64,000 bases of DNA from NCBI GenBank assembly GCA_963790475.1, contig CAWBOS010000010.1, positions 288,001-352,000 on the forward strand, read 5' to 3'. Origin of the DNA: an uncultured delta proteobacterium (GTDB taxonomy: Bacteria; Desulfobacterota; RBG-13-43-22). This document shows, piece by piece, positions 50,565 through 60,618 of the stretch. Position numbers and translations under genes: made by a program. A model generated the notes under the pieces. It searched no databases. It was not told the origin of the DNA and saw only the letters and a list, made by a program, of their open reading frames with translations. Position 1 is the first letter of the stretch; each line of letters starts with the position of its first letter.

Positions 50565-52436
50565 TTGGAAACTTATTATACCGATCTGCTTTGCATTGGG
50601 GCGGGGTTGGCCGGTGAACGGGTCGCGGTGGAGGCGGCCTCTCAAGGCTTTAAGAGCCTTTGCCTGAGTCTCGTGCCCCCCCGGCAATCCCACTCATCGG
50701 CCGCCCAGGGCGGCATGCAGGCCGCCCTGGGGAATTGCGCCATGGGCGCAGGCGATTGTCCGGATATTCATTTTGCAGATACCGTCAAGGGATCGGACTG
50801 GGGATGCGATCAGGAAGTGGCCCGTCTCTATACCGAGCAGGCGCCGATTGCCGTCCGTGAAATGGCCTTTTGGGGGGTGCCCTGGAACAGGGTCGTGGCA
50901 GGAAAAAGCACCTATTATAAAGGCGGAAAGGAATATGAAAAGATTGAGCCTAAAGAAAATGAGGGATTGATAACGGGTCGGGAATTCGGTGGCATATCCA
51001 AATGGCGGGGTTGTTATACCTCCGACGGGACCGGTCACACCCTTCTTTATACCATGGATAACGTTTGCGTACAAATGGGCGTACCGGTTCACGACCGGGT
51101 TGAAGCCATCGCCCTGATTCATGATGGGGTGAATTGTTTGGGCGTAGTGGCCCGCTGTTTAAAAACAGGCAGACTCCGCGTCTACTTAGCCAAAGCCACG
51201 GTGATCGCCACCGGAGGGTACGGCCGCCTTTACCGGGAGACGACCAATGCCGTCATCAATGAGGGCAACGGGGCCATCATTGCCCTGAATACCGGTATCG
51301 TTCCCCTGGGAAATATGGAGGCCGTCCAATTTCATCCCACCGGTATTGTGCCGCCCAACATATTGGTTACTGAAAGTTGTCGCGGGGATGGGGGGACTTT
51401 AAAGGATGTCAATGAAGATCGGTTTATGCCCGCCTATGAGCCGGTCAAACAGGAACTGGCCTCCAGGGATGTGGTTTCCCGCTGGATGACGCATCATATC
51501 CGTCAAGGCCTGGGGGTGAAGAGCCCTTACGGAGATTATTTGTGGCTGGACATCCGTCATTTGGGCCGGGCCCATATCAATTCCCATCTCCGGGAGGTGG
51601 AGGAAATCTGCAAAAAATTTTTAGGTATCGATCCGGCCGAAAAAATGATACCGGTGCGGCCGGCCCAACATTATAGTATGGGCGGCATCCGGGTGAATAA
51701 GTTCGGAGAGGCCTATGGACTGAGCGGTCTTTTCGTGGCCGGAGAAGCGGCCTGCTGGGATCTGCATGGCTTTAACCGCCTGGCCGGAAATTCCCTGGGT
51801 GAGACGATAGTTACCGGAAGGATTGTAGGTAAGAAAGTGGTTGAGTTTCTTTCAGGCCGGGAGGTCCATTTCAACACCCAGGTGGTCAAGGCCGCCTATC
51901 AAAAAGAGGAAGAGACCATTGAAAAGATTATTCGTGGCGGAAAGGGCCGGGAAAAAGTTTTTGAATTGAGAAAGATCCTGCAGGATGAGCTCATGGATCG
52001 GGTGTCCATCTTCCGGAACGGGAAGGACCTCCAAAGGGCGGTGGACAAATTACAGGAACTTTTGGATCGGTCCGACCGCATCGGACTCCATTCGGCCGGC
52101 TGGGGGGTCAATCCGGAATTGACTTTGGCCATCCGATTTAAAGGGATGGTCCGTTTGGCCCTCTGTGTGGCCTATGGGGCCTTGATGCGCGCGGAAAGCC
52201 GGGGTTGTCATGCCCGGGAAGATTATCCCGAAAGAAATGACCGGGATTGGCTGAAACGAACGCTGGCCACCTGGCAGGAGGGTCAAAGCCTTCCCCTTTT
52301 GACTTATGAACCCAACTCAAAGGTCTGGGAGCTGCCTCCGGGTGATCGGGGCTACGGCTCCACAAAAATCATTTGCTCCGAGGATGCCTCGGTCTGCGGA
52401 ACAGTGGAACAGACCCAATTGGATTATGAGGAATAA
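50565..52436 (+). CDS. frdA: Fumarate reductase/succinate dehydrogenase flavoprotein
   Basis: GAGLAG, SHSSAAQGG (covalent FAD His), QFHPT, HYSMGG, HGFNRL, ESRG. Confidence 0.92.
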   Translation: METYYTDLLCIGAGLAGERVAVEAASQGFKSLCLSLVPPRQSHSSAAQGGMQAALGNCAMGAGDCPDIHFADTVKGSDWGCDQEVARLYTEQAPIAVREMAFWGVPWNRVVAGKSTYYKGGKEYEKIEPKENEGLITGREFGGISKWRGCYTSDGTGHTLLYTMDNVCVQMGVPVHDRVEAIALIHDGVNCLGVVARCLKTGRLRVYLAKATVIATGGYGRLYRETTNAVINEGNGAIIALNTGIVPLGNMEAVQFHPTGIVPPNILVTESCRGDGGTLKDVNEDRFMPAYEPVKQELASRDVVSRWMTHHIRQGLGVKSPYGDYLWLDIRHLGRAHINSHLREVEEICKKFLGIDPAEKMIPVRPAQHYSMGGIRVNKFGEAYGLSGLFVAGEAACWDLHGFNRLAGNSLGETIVTGRIVGKKVVEFLSGREVHFNTQVVKAAYQKEEETIEKIIRGGKGREKVFELRKILQDELMDRVSIFRNGKDLQRAVDKLQELLDRSDRIGLHSAGWGVNPELTLAIRFKGMVRLALCVAYGALMRAESRGCHAREDYPERNDRDWLKRTLATWQEGQSLPLLTYEPNSKVWELPPGDRGYGSTKIICSEDASVCGTVEQTQLDYEE

Positions 52437-52439
52437 AGA

Positions 52440-53180
52440 ATGGGAAGAGAATTAACCTTTCATATCTTTCGTTATAATCCGAAAAATTCCCAGTCCCGGC
52501 CCCATCTCCAGACTTTCCCGCTCGAAGAAACGGAAGGGATGACCCTGTTTATCGTACTAAACCGGATTCAAGAAGAGCAGGATCCCACCCTGCAGTTTGA
52601 TTTCTGCTGCCGGGCCGGAATGTGCGGGTCCTGTGCTATATTAATCAACGGCCGGCCGGATCTGGCCTGCCATACCAAGACCATGGACCTTCCGCCGGAG
52701 ATTACCCTGTTGCCCCTGCCGGTCTTTGATTTGGTGGGGGACCTGTCCGTGGACAAAGGCCAATGGTTTCGAAAGATGAATGAAAGGGTGGAATCCTGGG
52801 TCCATACCGATAAAACTTTCGATCCTGGGGCCCTGGAAGAACGCATGGATAACCGGACCGCCGTTGAAATCTATGAGTTGGAAAGGTGCATTGAGTGCGG
52901 GTGCTGCATTGCTGCCTGTGGAACGGCCAATATGCGTCCTGATTTTTTGGGAGCGGCAGCCCTTAACCGGATCGCCCGTTTTATGGTCGATCCCCGGGAT
53001 CAAAGGAAGGACCAGGATTATTTCGAGGTGGTGGGTTGCGATGAGGGGATCTTCGGCTGCATGGGTCTACTGGGTTGTGAAGATGTTTGCCCCAAGAGCC
53101 TGCCTCTTCAGGATCAATTAGGCACGATGCGCCGGAAGATGGGCTGGAGCGCGGTAAAAAGGTTGTTTGTGGCTAGATAG
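52440..53180 (+). CDS. frdB: Fumarate reductase iron-sulfur subunit
   Basis: CRAGMCGSC, CIECGCCIAAC, CMGLLGCEDVCP. Confidence 0.92.
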   Translation: MGRELTFHIFRYNPKNSQSRPHLQTFPLEETEGMTLFIVLNRIQEEQDPTLQFDFCCRAGMCGSCAILINGRPDLACHTKTMDLPPEITLLPLPVFDLVGDLSVDKGQWFRKMNERVESWVHTDKTFDPGALEERMDNRTAVEIYELERCIECGCCIAACGTANMRPDFLGAAALNRIARFMVDPRDQRKDQDYFEVVGCDEGIFGCMGLLGCEDVCPKSLPLQDQLGTMRRKMGWSAVKRLFVAR

Positions 53181-53419
53181 CGTTTATCCTATGAATTTAG
53201 GTCTTTGAAAAAATAGTCCAATCCATAATTTTTTTTTGCCAGGGACAAGCCAGACAAAAACAGAGGAAGAATAGGCACTGATTGACAAACCGACAATCAA
53301 TGCCCCTCGTTTTTCCCCTGCGAAAGTCCGCAGGGAGATGGATTTTAAGAAAACCTATAAAGAGCAATTACCGTATCGGAATCACCGATAGAATAATGAT
53401 TAAAAAACCGGAGGGGCGG

Positions 53420-55612
53420 ATGAACCAGATCGATAAGAACGAAGAAAAAATTGTCCGCAGTATCTGCAGCAGCCACTGCGGGGGTACCTGCGAAATGAAA
53501 GTGCACGTAAAAGGGAACCGAATTGTTCGCATCGAACCCGAGGATGGGGAAGATAAACCTCGCATGTGCGCCCGAGGTCACGCCTATCGCCAGCGGGTTT
53601 ATGCCCCGGATCGGCTTCTATACCCTCTTAAACGAAGAGGACCGAGAGGGGCTGGTGAGTTTGCCAGGATTTCCTGGGACGAGGCCCTGGATACCGTGGC
53701 CGGTGAAATGAAACGAATCAAAGCCGCCTGCGGTAATGCGGCCATCCTTCACTTTTGTTCCATGTGCGATCCCCACACCCTGCATCATGTGGGCGCTTTT
53801 CATCGACTGCTTTGTCAGTTCGGAGGCTACACCGCCCCTTGGGGGTTTATCTCCCATGAAGGCGCCAGCTTTTCCTCCGGGGTGACTTACGGAATGCGGC
53901 GCCGATTCACTCAGACCGAACATAGGCCTGATGAATATCTTAACTCACGGCTGATCATCATGTGGGGCTGGAATCCGGTGACCACCGAGCAGGGGACCAA
54001 CGTTCCCCTGTATCTGGCCCGGGCCAAAGAAGGAGGAACCCGGTTTATCTGTGTCGATCCCCGATATACCGACTCCGCGGCCGTTTATGCCGATCAGTGG
54101 ATTCCGATTCGGCCGGGCACGGACGCCGCCGTTCTGATCGCCATGGCTTATATCATCATTAAGGATAATCTGTTGGACCAAAATTTCATCGAAACGTTCG
54201 TCATAGGGTTCGACCAATACAAAGATTATGTATTGGGCCTTAAGGACGGCTTGGCCAAAACCCCGGAATGGGCCGAGAAGATCAGTGCCGTTCCGGCTAC
54301 GACGATTACCGACCTGGCCCGGGCCTATGCCACTACTAAACCCGCGGCCCTGGTCACCAGTATCGGCCCGGGCCGGACGGCTTATGGGGAGCAGTACCAC
54401 CGGGCCGCAGCCGCCCTGGAGGTCATAACCGGGAATTGGCAGTTGGAGAACTGGCAACCGCCTCCATTCCGAGGTCCTAAGTATAATCCCCAGTTCTCCA
54501 GCCCGCCCAACCCGGTGGAGGCCGGGGCGCCTCCCCGCCGGAACGCCCTGCCTTACCGCGGGGCCAGTGTCAATTCCAGTGCCCGGGTCAATGTCAGCCT
54601 CTTTGCCGATGCCATTCTTAAAGGGAAGGCCGGTGGATACCCCGCCGATTACAAAATGGTCTGGCTGTCGAATACCAATTACCTTAATCAACTGGCCGAG
54701 GTCAACAAAACCGCCAGGGCCTTTCGGCAACTGGAGTTCATCCTGGTTACCGAACAGTTTATGACTCCCTCAGCCCGGTTCGCCGATATTGTCCTGCCTG
54801 TCTGTACCTTCCTGGAGCGCAATGACATCCTGGCGCCAAGGGGAGGCGGCGTTTATGGCCTTCTCAACCAGGTGATAGAACCCCTGGGGGAATCAAGGTC
54901 CCAGCTTCAAATTTGTCAGGCCCTGGCCCTGAAACTCGGTATTACCGACTATATCGAAAAGTCGGATGAGGAACTGGTGAAGGAGATTGTAAGCAAAATA
55001 TCGGAAGAGGTGGAGTTGCCGGCCCTTGAATCCCTTAGACATCAGGGCATCTACAGGGCAGGGTCAACTAAATCGGAAGGGACCGGTCCACAGGAAAAAG
55101 CACCGGCCCCATTGTTCCGCACCCCATCGGGAAAGATCGAAATCCTCTCGGAAATAGCGGCCAGGATAAACGATCCTTTGATACCTCCCCTTCCTGCCTA
55201 TATAGAGACCTGGGAGAGTCTGAACGATCCTTTGATCAAAAAATATCCCCTGCAGCTCATTACACCGCATTTCAAAAGACGGGCCCACAGCCAGTTTGAA
55301 AATCTGCCCTGGCTCCGTGAGCTCCAAGCCCAGGCCGTTACGATCAATACCGTCGATGCCGAATCCCGAGGGATCCGTCAGGGCGATATGGTTCGGGTGT
55401 TTAACGACCGGGGAGAAGTCAGAATTCCCGCCAGGGTGACTGAAAGGATTATGCCCAGTGTAGCCGCCCTTCCTCAGGGGGCCTGGTATAATCCCGATGG
55501 GAAGGGAATTGACTACGGCGGATGTGCCAATGTACTCACCAGGAACCGGATTTCCCCGGGTGGCTCCTTCACTCCGCATACGGCCCTGGTGCAGATAGAA
55601 AAGGTAGGGTGA
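53420..55612 (+). CDS. Molybdopterin oxidoreductase, DmsA-like, no Tat leader
   Basis: GGAGG RBS; CSSHCGGTC...CARG Fe-S motif, RISWDEA, PIRPGTD, ADIVLP. Confidence 0.88.
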   Translation: MNQIDKNEEKIVRSICSSHCGGTCEMKVHVKGNRIVRIEPEDGEDKPRMCARGHAYRQRVYAPDRLLYPLKRRGPRGAGEFARISWDEALDTVAGEMKRIKAACGNAAILHFCSMCDPHTLHHVGAFHRLLCQFGGYTAPWGFISHEGASFSSGVTYGMRRRFTQTEHRPDEYLNSRLIIMWGWNPVTTEQGTNVPLYLARAKEGGTRFICVDPRYTDSAAVYADQWIPIRPGTDAAVLIAMAYIIIKDNLLDQNFIETFVIGFDQYKDYVLGLKDGLAKTPEWAEKISAVPATTITDLARAYATTKPAALVTSIGPGRTAYGEQYHRAAAALEVITGNWQLENWQPPPFRGPKYNPQFSSPPNPVEAGAPPRRNALPYRGASVNSSARVNVSLFADAILKGKAGGYPADYKMVWLSNTNYLNQLAEVNKTARAFRQLEFILVTEQFMTPSARFADIVLPVCTFLERNDILAPRGGGVYGLLNQVIEPLGESRSQLQICQALALKLGITDYIEKSDEELVKEIVSKISEEVELPALESLRHQGIYRAGSTKSEGTGPQEKAPAPLFRTPSGKIEILSEIAARINDPLIPPLPAYIETWESLNDPLIKKYPLQLITPHFKRRAHSQFENLPWLRELQAQAVTINTVDAESRGIRQGDMVRVFNDRGEVRIPARVTERIMPSVAALPQGAWYNPDGKGIDYGGCANVLTRNRISPGGSFTPHTALVQIEKVG

Positions 55613-55617
55613 TCGCT

Positions 55618-56217
55618 ATGCAATATGGAATTTATATCGATGAAAATCGCTGTATGGGTTGTTTTGCCTGTGTGGTGGCCTGCAAAGACTGGCATGATGT
55701 TCCTGCCGGAACGGCCAGTTGGCTGAGGGTGAAAACCGTGGAAAAAGGCAGGTATCCCAGTCTCTTTGTCGCCTTTTTCCCCGTTACCTGCAACCATTGC
55801 ATCCATCCGGCTTGCATTCCGGTCTGCCCGGTGGAGGCCATCAGCAAACGGGAGGAGGACGGTATTGTTATCGTGGACCGGGAGGCCTGCCTGGGGAAGG
55901 ACCAATGCGGACAGTGTCTGGAAGCTTGTCCTTATGATGCTCCCCAGTTTGGAGAAGACGCCGATGCCCGAATGCAAAAGTGCGACTTTTGTCTGGACCG
56001 ATTGGCCAGCGGAGAAAAACCGATCTGTGTGGTCAGTTGTCCTATGGAGGCCATAGAAATAGGGCCTCTGGATGAATTACGGGAAAAATATGGAGACCTT
56101 CGGGAGACCGAAGGGTTCACATACCTGGAAGAACTGGAACCGGCGGTAATCTTCAAACCCAAGATAGACCCCGAAAATCTTGCCCTCCGGAAGGTCGATA
56201 CCGTGCCCGGGAATTGA
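55618..56217 (+). CDS. 4Fe-4S subunit, DmsB-like
   Basis: CMGCFACVVAC, CNHCIHPAC, CGQCLEACP, KCDFC. Confidence 0.9.
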   Translation: MQYGIYIDENRCMGCFACVVACKDWHDVPAGTASWLRVKTVEKGRYPSLFVAFFPVTCNHCIHPACIPVCPVEAISKREEDGIVIVDREACLGKDQCGQCLEACPYDAPQFGEDADARMQKCDFCLDRLASGEKPICVVSCPMEAIEIGPLDELREKYGDLRETEGFTYLEELEPAVIFKPKIDPENLALRKVDTVPGN

Positions 56218-56401
56218 TTGAGCAAAAGACTATGAATCGGACAAGGAGAGAAAATAAGTTGATTTGGAATCAACGTTAAGTTCAGAGAGTAAGGAATGTT
56301 TACCTATAGGATGGGACCCTAAGATAAAATGGATGGCCAAGCGATTGGTGATAACAATCCGGCGTCAGGCCGGACATTGAAAACCGGATAGGAGGAGAAA
56401 A

Positions 56402-56839
56402 ATGGAAAAATTGTCCTTTGAATTCGTGAATCCGGGGGATGTCCTTCCCCCATTCATCCGATCCGTCAGTCAGGAAACCTTTTGGAAATACGCCGTAGCC
56501 TCTTTCGATTATAACCCTGTCCACAATGATCCTGAATGGGTCAAAACGGCCCAACCCTTTAAAATACCTTTTACGGTGGGACATGGTATGATGACTATGT
56601 CTTTTATGACCTCTCTGGTTACCAACTGGGCCTTGCCCTCCATGCTTCAGATTCGAAAGATTGTTTCAAAATTTACCCGGCCGGTTGAACAGGGATGGAA
56701 AATTATCTGCACTGGAGTTGTTTCGGAAAAGCACTTTATCTCCAAAGGTAAAAACTATGTGGTGGTGGATGTCAAAGCTGAAAACCGGCAGGGAGACTTG
56801 CTGGCCCTCAGTGAAATCGAAGTGGTCTTTCCCGATTGA
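56402..56839 (+). CDS. MaoC-family dehydratase
   Basis: SFDYNPVHND, GHGM, KFTRPV. Confidence 0.85.
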   Translation: MEKLSFEFVNPGDVLPPFIRSVSQETFWKYAVASFDYNPVHNDPEWVKTAQPFKIPFTVGHGMMTMSFMTSLVTNWALPSMLQIRKIVSKFTRPVEQGWKIICTGVVSEKHFISKGKNYVVVDVKAENRQGDLLALSEIEVVFPD

Positions 56840-56896
56840 GGCCGGGAGTTTTATCGATTGGATCAATATCGAGATTCAAAGAAAGGAGAATGAACC

Positions 56897-57475
56897 ATGA
56901 GTCATGCCGACTTAGCCAAATATTTCAAAACAGAAAAGCAGCTCAAATTCAGCACCGATTTTTTTACCGATGCCGAGAAGTATGAAGTTTGGGATGAAAT
57001 TGATTTTTCCGATCTACAAGAAGTTGAAGGTGAAAACACCTTTGAAATAAAGGCCGAAGACATCACCTTTTACGCCGAAGGAGGCCTTGATGACAACCCG
57101 TTGATGAATGACGAGGAATATGCCAAGAAATCACCTTACGGCGGGCTGGTGGCCCACCCGATTTTTATAACCTCCATCTGTTTTTGGTGTGTAGGCGTCG
57201 AGGGGAAGGGGAATTGGATCAGAACGCCCGGGGCGAGAAACCCTGGTCAGGTTTTGGAAATCTATGAATATTTCAAAGTCGGAGAGACCATCCATGTAAA
57301 AATGAAGCCTCATGACCGCTATATCAAACGGGGTAAATGTTATCTCCAGTATCAAATGAACGCCTATAACCAGGACAATGTCTTGAAGTGCAGAATGTAT
57401 GCCACCCTGATCCTACCTCGGACACGACAGGATATAAGGAAATTTCTTAAAGGCGTCCGCGGACTGAGTGATTAG
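56897..57475 (+). CDS. MaoC-like hotdog partner subunit
   Basis: DDNPLMNDEEYAKKSPYGGLVAHP. Confidence 0.8.
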   Translation: MSHADLAKYFKTEKQLKFSTDFFTDAEKYEVWDEIDFSDLQEVEGENTFEIKAEDITFYAEGGLDDNPLMNDEEYAKKSPYGGLVAHPIFITSICFWCVGVEGKGNWIRTPGARNPGQVLEIYEYFKVGETIHVKMKPHDRYIKRGKCYLQYQMNAYNQDNVLKCRMYATLILPRTRQDIRKFLKGVRGLSD

Positions 57476-57589
57476 CTAAGAAACCGATTTGAACTTGGTG
57501 CCAGGATGCAGCTGTTCCGACAAGACCCGATTTTTTTAAAAGCAGATGGGGTTTTTGGACTAGATCTGTTCAAAAAGAAAGGGAATGAT

Positions 57590-57820
57590 ATGAAACACTG
57601 GGAACACCGTCCGGAAAAGTCCTGGAAAGAGTTTACTATAAACCAACCCTATGCCAAGGGGCTGGAAAGGCTCCGGGAGGAGGTGCTGGCAAAAACCGAT
57701 TTCGATCCGGCAACCCTCTGGCGGGCCACCGATGAAGAAGGACAGGCCTGGGAAAGGTACACCGCCCAATTGGAAGCAAAGGCTCTGCGGATCGCCGTCG
57801 ACGGCAAAAAGGAAAAATAG
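57590..57820 (+). CDS. Short hypothetical protein, possibly an internally deleted remnant
   Basis: AAGGGA RBS-like sequence and ATG; 76 aa; no clear family. Confidence 0.4.
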   Translation: MKHWEHRPEKSWKEFTINQPYAKGLERLREEVLAKTDFDPATLWRATDEEGQAWERYTAQLEAKALRIAVDGKKEK

Positions 57821-57833
57821 GGGCGAGCTTGTC

Positions 57834-58322
57834 GTGGAAAAAACCGGTAATCTTAATACACCGGCAGTGCGTTATCTTGGGGCAAAGAAAATTCATTTCA
57901 AGTCTCATCTTTACCCCTATGAAGAACATGGCGGTACTCGCCATGCGGCTGAGGTGCTTAAGATTCCCGAGCATGCCGTTATCAAGACATTGGTCATGGA
58001 GTCGGAGGCCGGCCGACCCTTTATCGTTTTGGAACATGGAGATTATCAGGTCTCTACTAAACAGCTAGCCCGAATCCTGGGGGTAAAACGGATCACCCCC
58101 TGTGTCGAGGAGAAGGCCCAAAAACACACCGGATATCAAGTCGGGGGGATAAGCCCTTTCGGAACAAGAAAAAGCATGGCGATCTATGTTGAAAAAAGTA
58201 TCCTTAGCCTTGATACCTTGTATATTAACGGAGGGAAACGAGGGTTTTTGATGGAGATAACCCCTGATGATCTGGTGCAGGCCTTGAAGGTGGAAGAGGT
58301 TGAAGCGAAGTTTAAACAATAA
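57834..58322 (+). CDS. ybaK: Cys-tRNA(Pro) deacylase, YbaK family
   Basis: VIKTLV, TGYQVGGISPFG, INGGKRG. Confidence 0.85.
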   Translation: MEKTGNLNTPAVRYLGAKKIHFKSHLYPYEEHGGTRHAAEVLKIPEHAVIKTLVMESEAGRPFIVLEHGDYQVSTKQLARILGVKRITPCVEEKAQKHTGYQVGGISPFGTRKSMAIYVEKSILSLDTLYINGGKRGFLMEITPDDLVQALKVEEVEAKFKQ

Positions 58323-58348
58323 AAAAATCAAAAAGTACGCTCCAGACT

Positions 58349-59365
58349 ATGAGCGAAGGATTACAAGAAGCGCAAAATATGATCAGCCTGATATCTCGTG
58401 GATCAAAATTTAAAACGATCGCTTGTTTCACTCTGATGGCCTTTTCTCTGCTGACCATGACTTCTTGCGTTCACTTTAAGGTAAATCAGGTCGCCATCAA
58501 ATCCAATGCGGAACAACCATCCATTTCAATGAAGGCTTATCTGAAAGCACCCGAAGAGGGACAGGAGGACGCCGTTTACGAAGGAGTGGGGACGAGTCTC
58601 TTTTTTCAGCAGGAAAATGGCACTTTTTCCCTGGTGGCTTCTTCCCGGAAGGGAAGTTGGGTTCTAAGAAACTCTCCGGCAGGAAACTACCGGATTGCGA
58701 TTGACCGGACTGTGGTGATCGATGGGGAGGCAGAAACTCTCGAAGGGTCTCTGACGAAGAACTTCACTTTAAAGCCTGGAGAGCGAGCAGAAATCACCCT
58801 TGTTCTGAAAAAGGTTCCGGTCGGTGTGATTGTGCTGATGTCTGTGCTCATTGTCGGATTGATTATCCTGATAATCTTAGCCAGAGACAACAGATTACCG
58901 AAACTGAGAGACTTCCCTCACCCCCCGATCCCGCACTCGCTCGGCGTACCCCACCCCAGGGCTTTATTAATACCGCTGGTAATCTTCTCCCCGCCGGGGC
59001 GACTATTCCCGGGACCTACCCCGATTTTCATCGACGGTGGTTTCTACTATGATCAAGGCTCCTCTTTGAACTGGGAATCCTCAATTGAAACAACCCCCCA
59101 TTATGGGCAGCTCCAGGAGTATCCGGCATCATCTATACCGCAGTTACAGGCTGAAAAGCTCTTTGTTTATCCCCGTAAAGGTCAAAGCGAAGAGCAACAG
59201 GCCAAAGATCGTTACGAGTGTCACACATGGGTAGTAGGCCAGATAGGTTGGGACCCGACTCGGCCGACAGGAGTTGTGCCTGAATCTCAGATAAACCAGA
59301 AGCGTGCGGACTATAAACGGGCGATGGGCGCCTGCCTCGATGCCCATGACTATACCGTGAAGTAG
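58349..59365 (+). CDS. Hypothetical membrane lipoprotein
   Basis: TSC lipobox-like site, internal TM helix, C-terminal VYPRKGQSEEQQAKDRYECHTW module. Confidence 0.6.
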   Translation: MSEGLQEAQNMISLISRGSKFKTIACFTLMAFSLLTMTSCVHFKVNQVAIKSNAEQPSISMKAYLKAPEEGQEDAVYEGVGTSLFFQQENGTFSLVASSRKGSWVLRNSPAGNYRIAIDRTVVIDGEAETLEGSLTKNFTLKPGERAEITLVLKKVPVGVIVLMSVLIVGLIILIILARDNRLPKLRDFPHPPIPHSLGVPHPRALLIPLVIFSPPGRLFPGPTPIFIDGGFYYDQGSSLNWESSIETTPHYGQLQEYPASSIPQLQAEKLFVYPRKGQSEEQQAKDRYECHTWVVGQIGWDPTRPTGVVPESQINQKRADYKRAMGACLDAHDYTVK

Positions 59366-59811
59366 CCACACACCATCATCTATATCCACAAACCCCGACG
59401 AAGAATAGGCGCCAAACTAATTTGGTGGTTATTTCCTGTAACCCGCAAATCTCTATAATAGGAAAAATTGAAGAGTACAAACCGATATTCGTTGATTGCG
59501 TAATTTATCAACATTGACCCATAAGCACGAACAAAATGATCAGGTGACAGTAGATTGAGGTAAATAAATTGCCCGGAGATCCGTCTTTCCCCTTGACATT
59601 TCTTACCATGGCTTCCCCCAAAAATCTCAATTATCCCAATTATCCCAATTGTTTTTGGTTATTCCTCGCAATTAATTAAAAGAATTAGACTTTTTTTCTC
59701 AGCAGTGCCATAAACTTACACCTTCTATGAATTATTGAGCAAAAATTCCAACTTAATCTCAACCTATCTGGAACGGGATATGAAGTGGGAACCTCAGAAA
59801 GTACCGATATG

Positions 59812-59853
59812 AAGCCTCCAGAGAGGGAATTAAATCTTTCTGGAGGCTTTTTT
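59812..59853 (+). terminator. Intrinsic terminator in the leader of the 59928 gene
   Basis: 14-bp stem AAGCCTCCAGAGAG/CTTTCTGGAGGCTT followed by a T run. Confidence 0.75.
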
Positions 59854-59927
59854 GAATCATTTAGTCTTGAAGCTTGGAAGAAATACTTTTTGATTTAATT
59901 TCTTAAACTAAAAGAAGGGGTTATAAA

Positions 59928-60575
59928 ATGAAAAAACTATCAATTGTCGAAGTTGTCGCAGTAATTTTTGTTTTTTGCAGTCTCTTAATAATGGGAGGAC
60001 AGGCGGTAGCAGCGCCTGATCGTTTGAATTGGGGAAGTCAAGTAAATGCATCACAGTGCGGGTCCCCGCCAAATAATCTCGTCATTAACGTTAACCAGCA
60101 TATAACAGGGGATATTGATTCGGGTTGTGCTGGCAACTATTGGGCATACGATGAATACAATAAACATGTACAAGTTTGGCAGATAGGAGATGGCTCCTTC
60201 TGCGTTGACGTCCGTTATGTGGGTTCATTTACAACAGTCGCTGGGCAAAGCCCTGGAACCGGGTGTGGAGGCAGCGCAGCAATATTAACATCAGGTATTG
60301 AAGGGACTTATGAAGGTGGGTACACAGCCAATGTTATAGGGACCCTTAGAGTTGCTCCTTCAAAGAAAACAAAGGGGAATATTGGATCAATTGATTTTGG
60401 CTGTGATACATCGACGGGAGAATGCCCGGGTTATGCTAGCTGGTTATCATACTATTTCGATACGGGCTATAATTTTTCATATACCTGGTGGGGATGGATT
60501 TACCATGGTGGAAATAATGGAACGTGGGTAAATACAGTGCCCCCGACCGGCAACTCAGGAGATATTATCCCTTAG
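59928..60575 (+). CDS. Secreted Cys/Gly/Trp-rich hypothetical protein
   Basis: Signal peptide ending AVA; six Cys in the mature region. Confidence 0.75.
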   Translation: MKKLSIVEVVAVIFVFCSLLIMGGQAVAAPDRLNWGSQVNASQCGSPPNNLVINVNQHITGDIDSGCAGNYWAYDEYNKHVQVWQIGDGSFCVDVRYVGSFTTVAGQSPGTGCGGSAAILTSGIEGTYEGGYTANVIGTLRVAPSKKTKGNIGSIDFGCDTSTGECPGYASWLSYYFDTGYNFSYTWWGWIYHGGNNGTWVNTVPPTGNSGDIIP

Positions 60576-60618
60576 TGTGATGAAATGAGATATTGCCTAA
60601 TTTAGTCGCAAAGAACCA

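Noticed and set aside
59768-59784. Sigma54 promoter CTGGAACGGGATATGAA
   Set aside because: Lacks the conserved GC at -12
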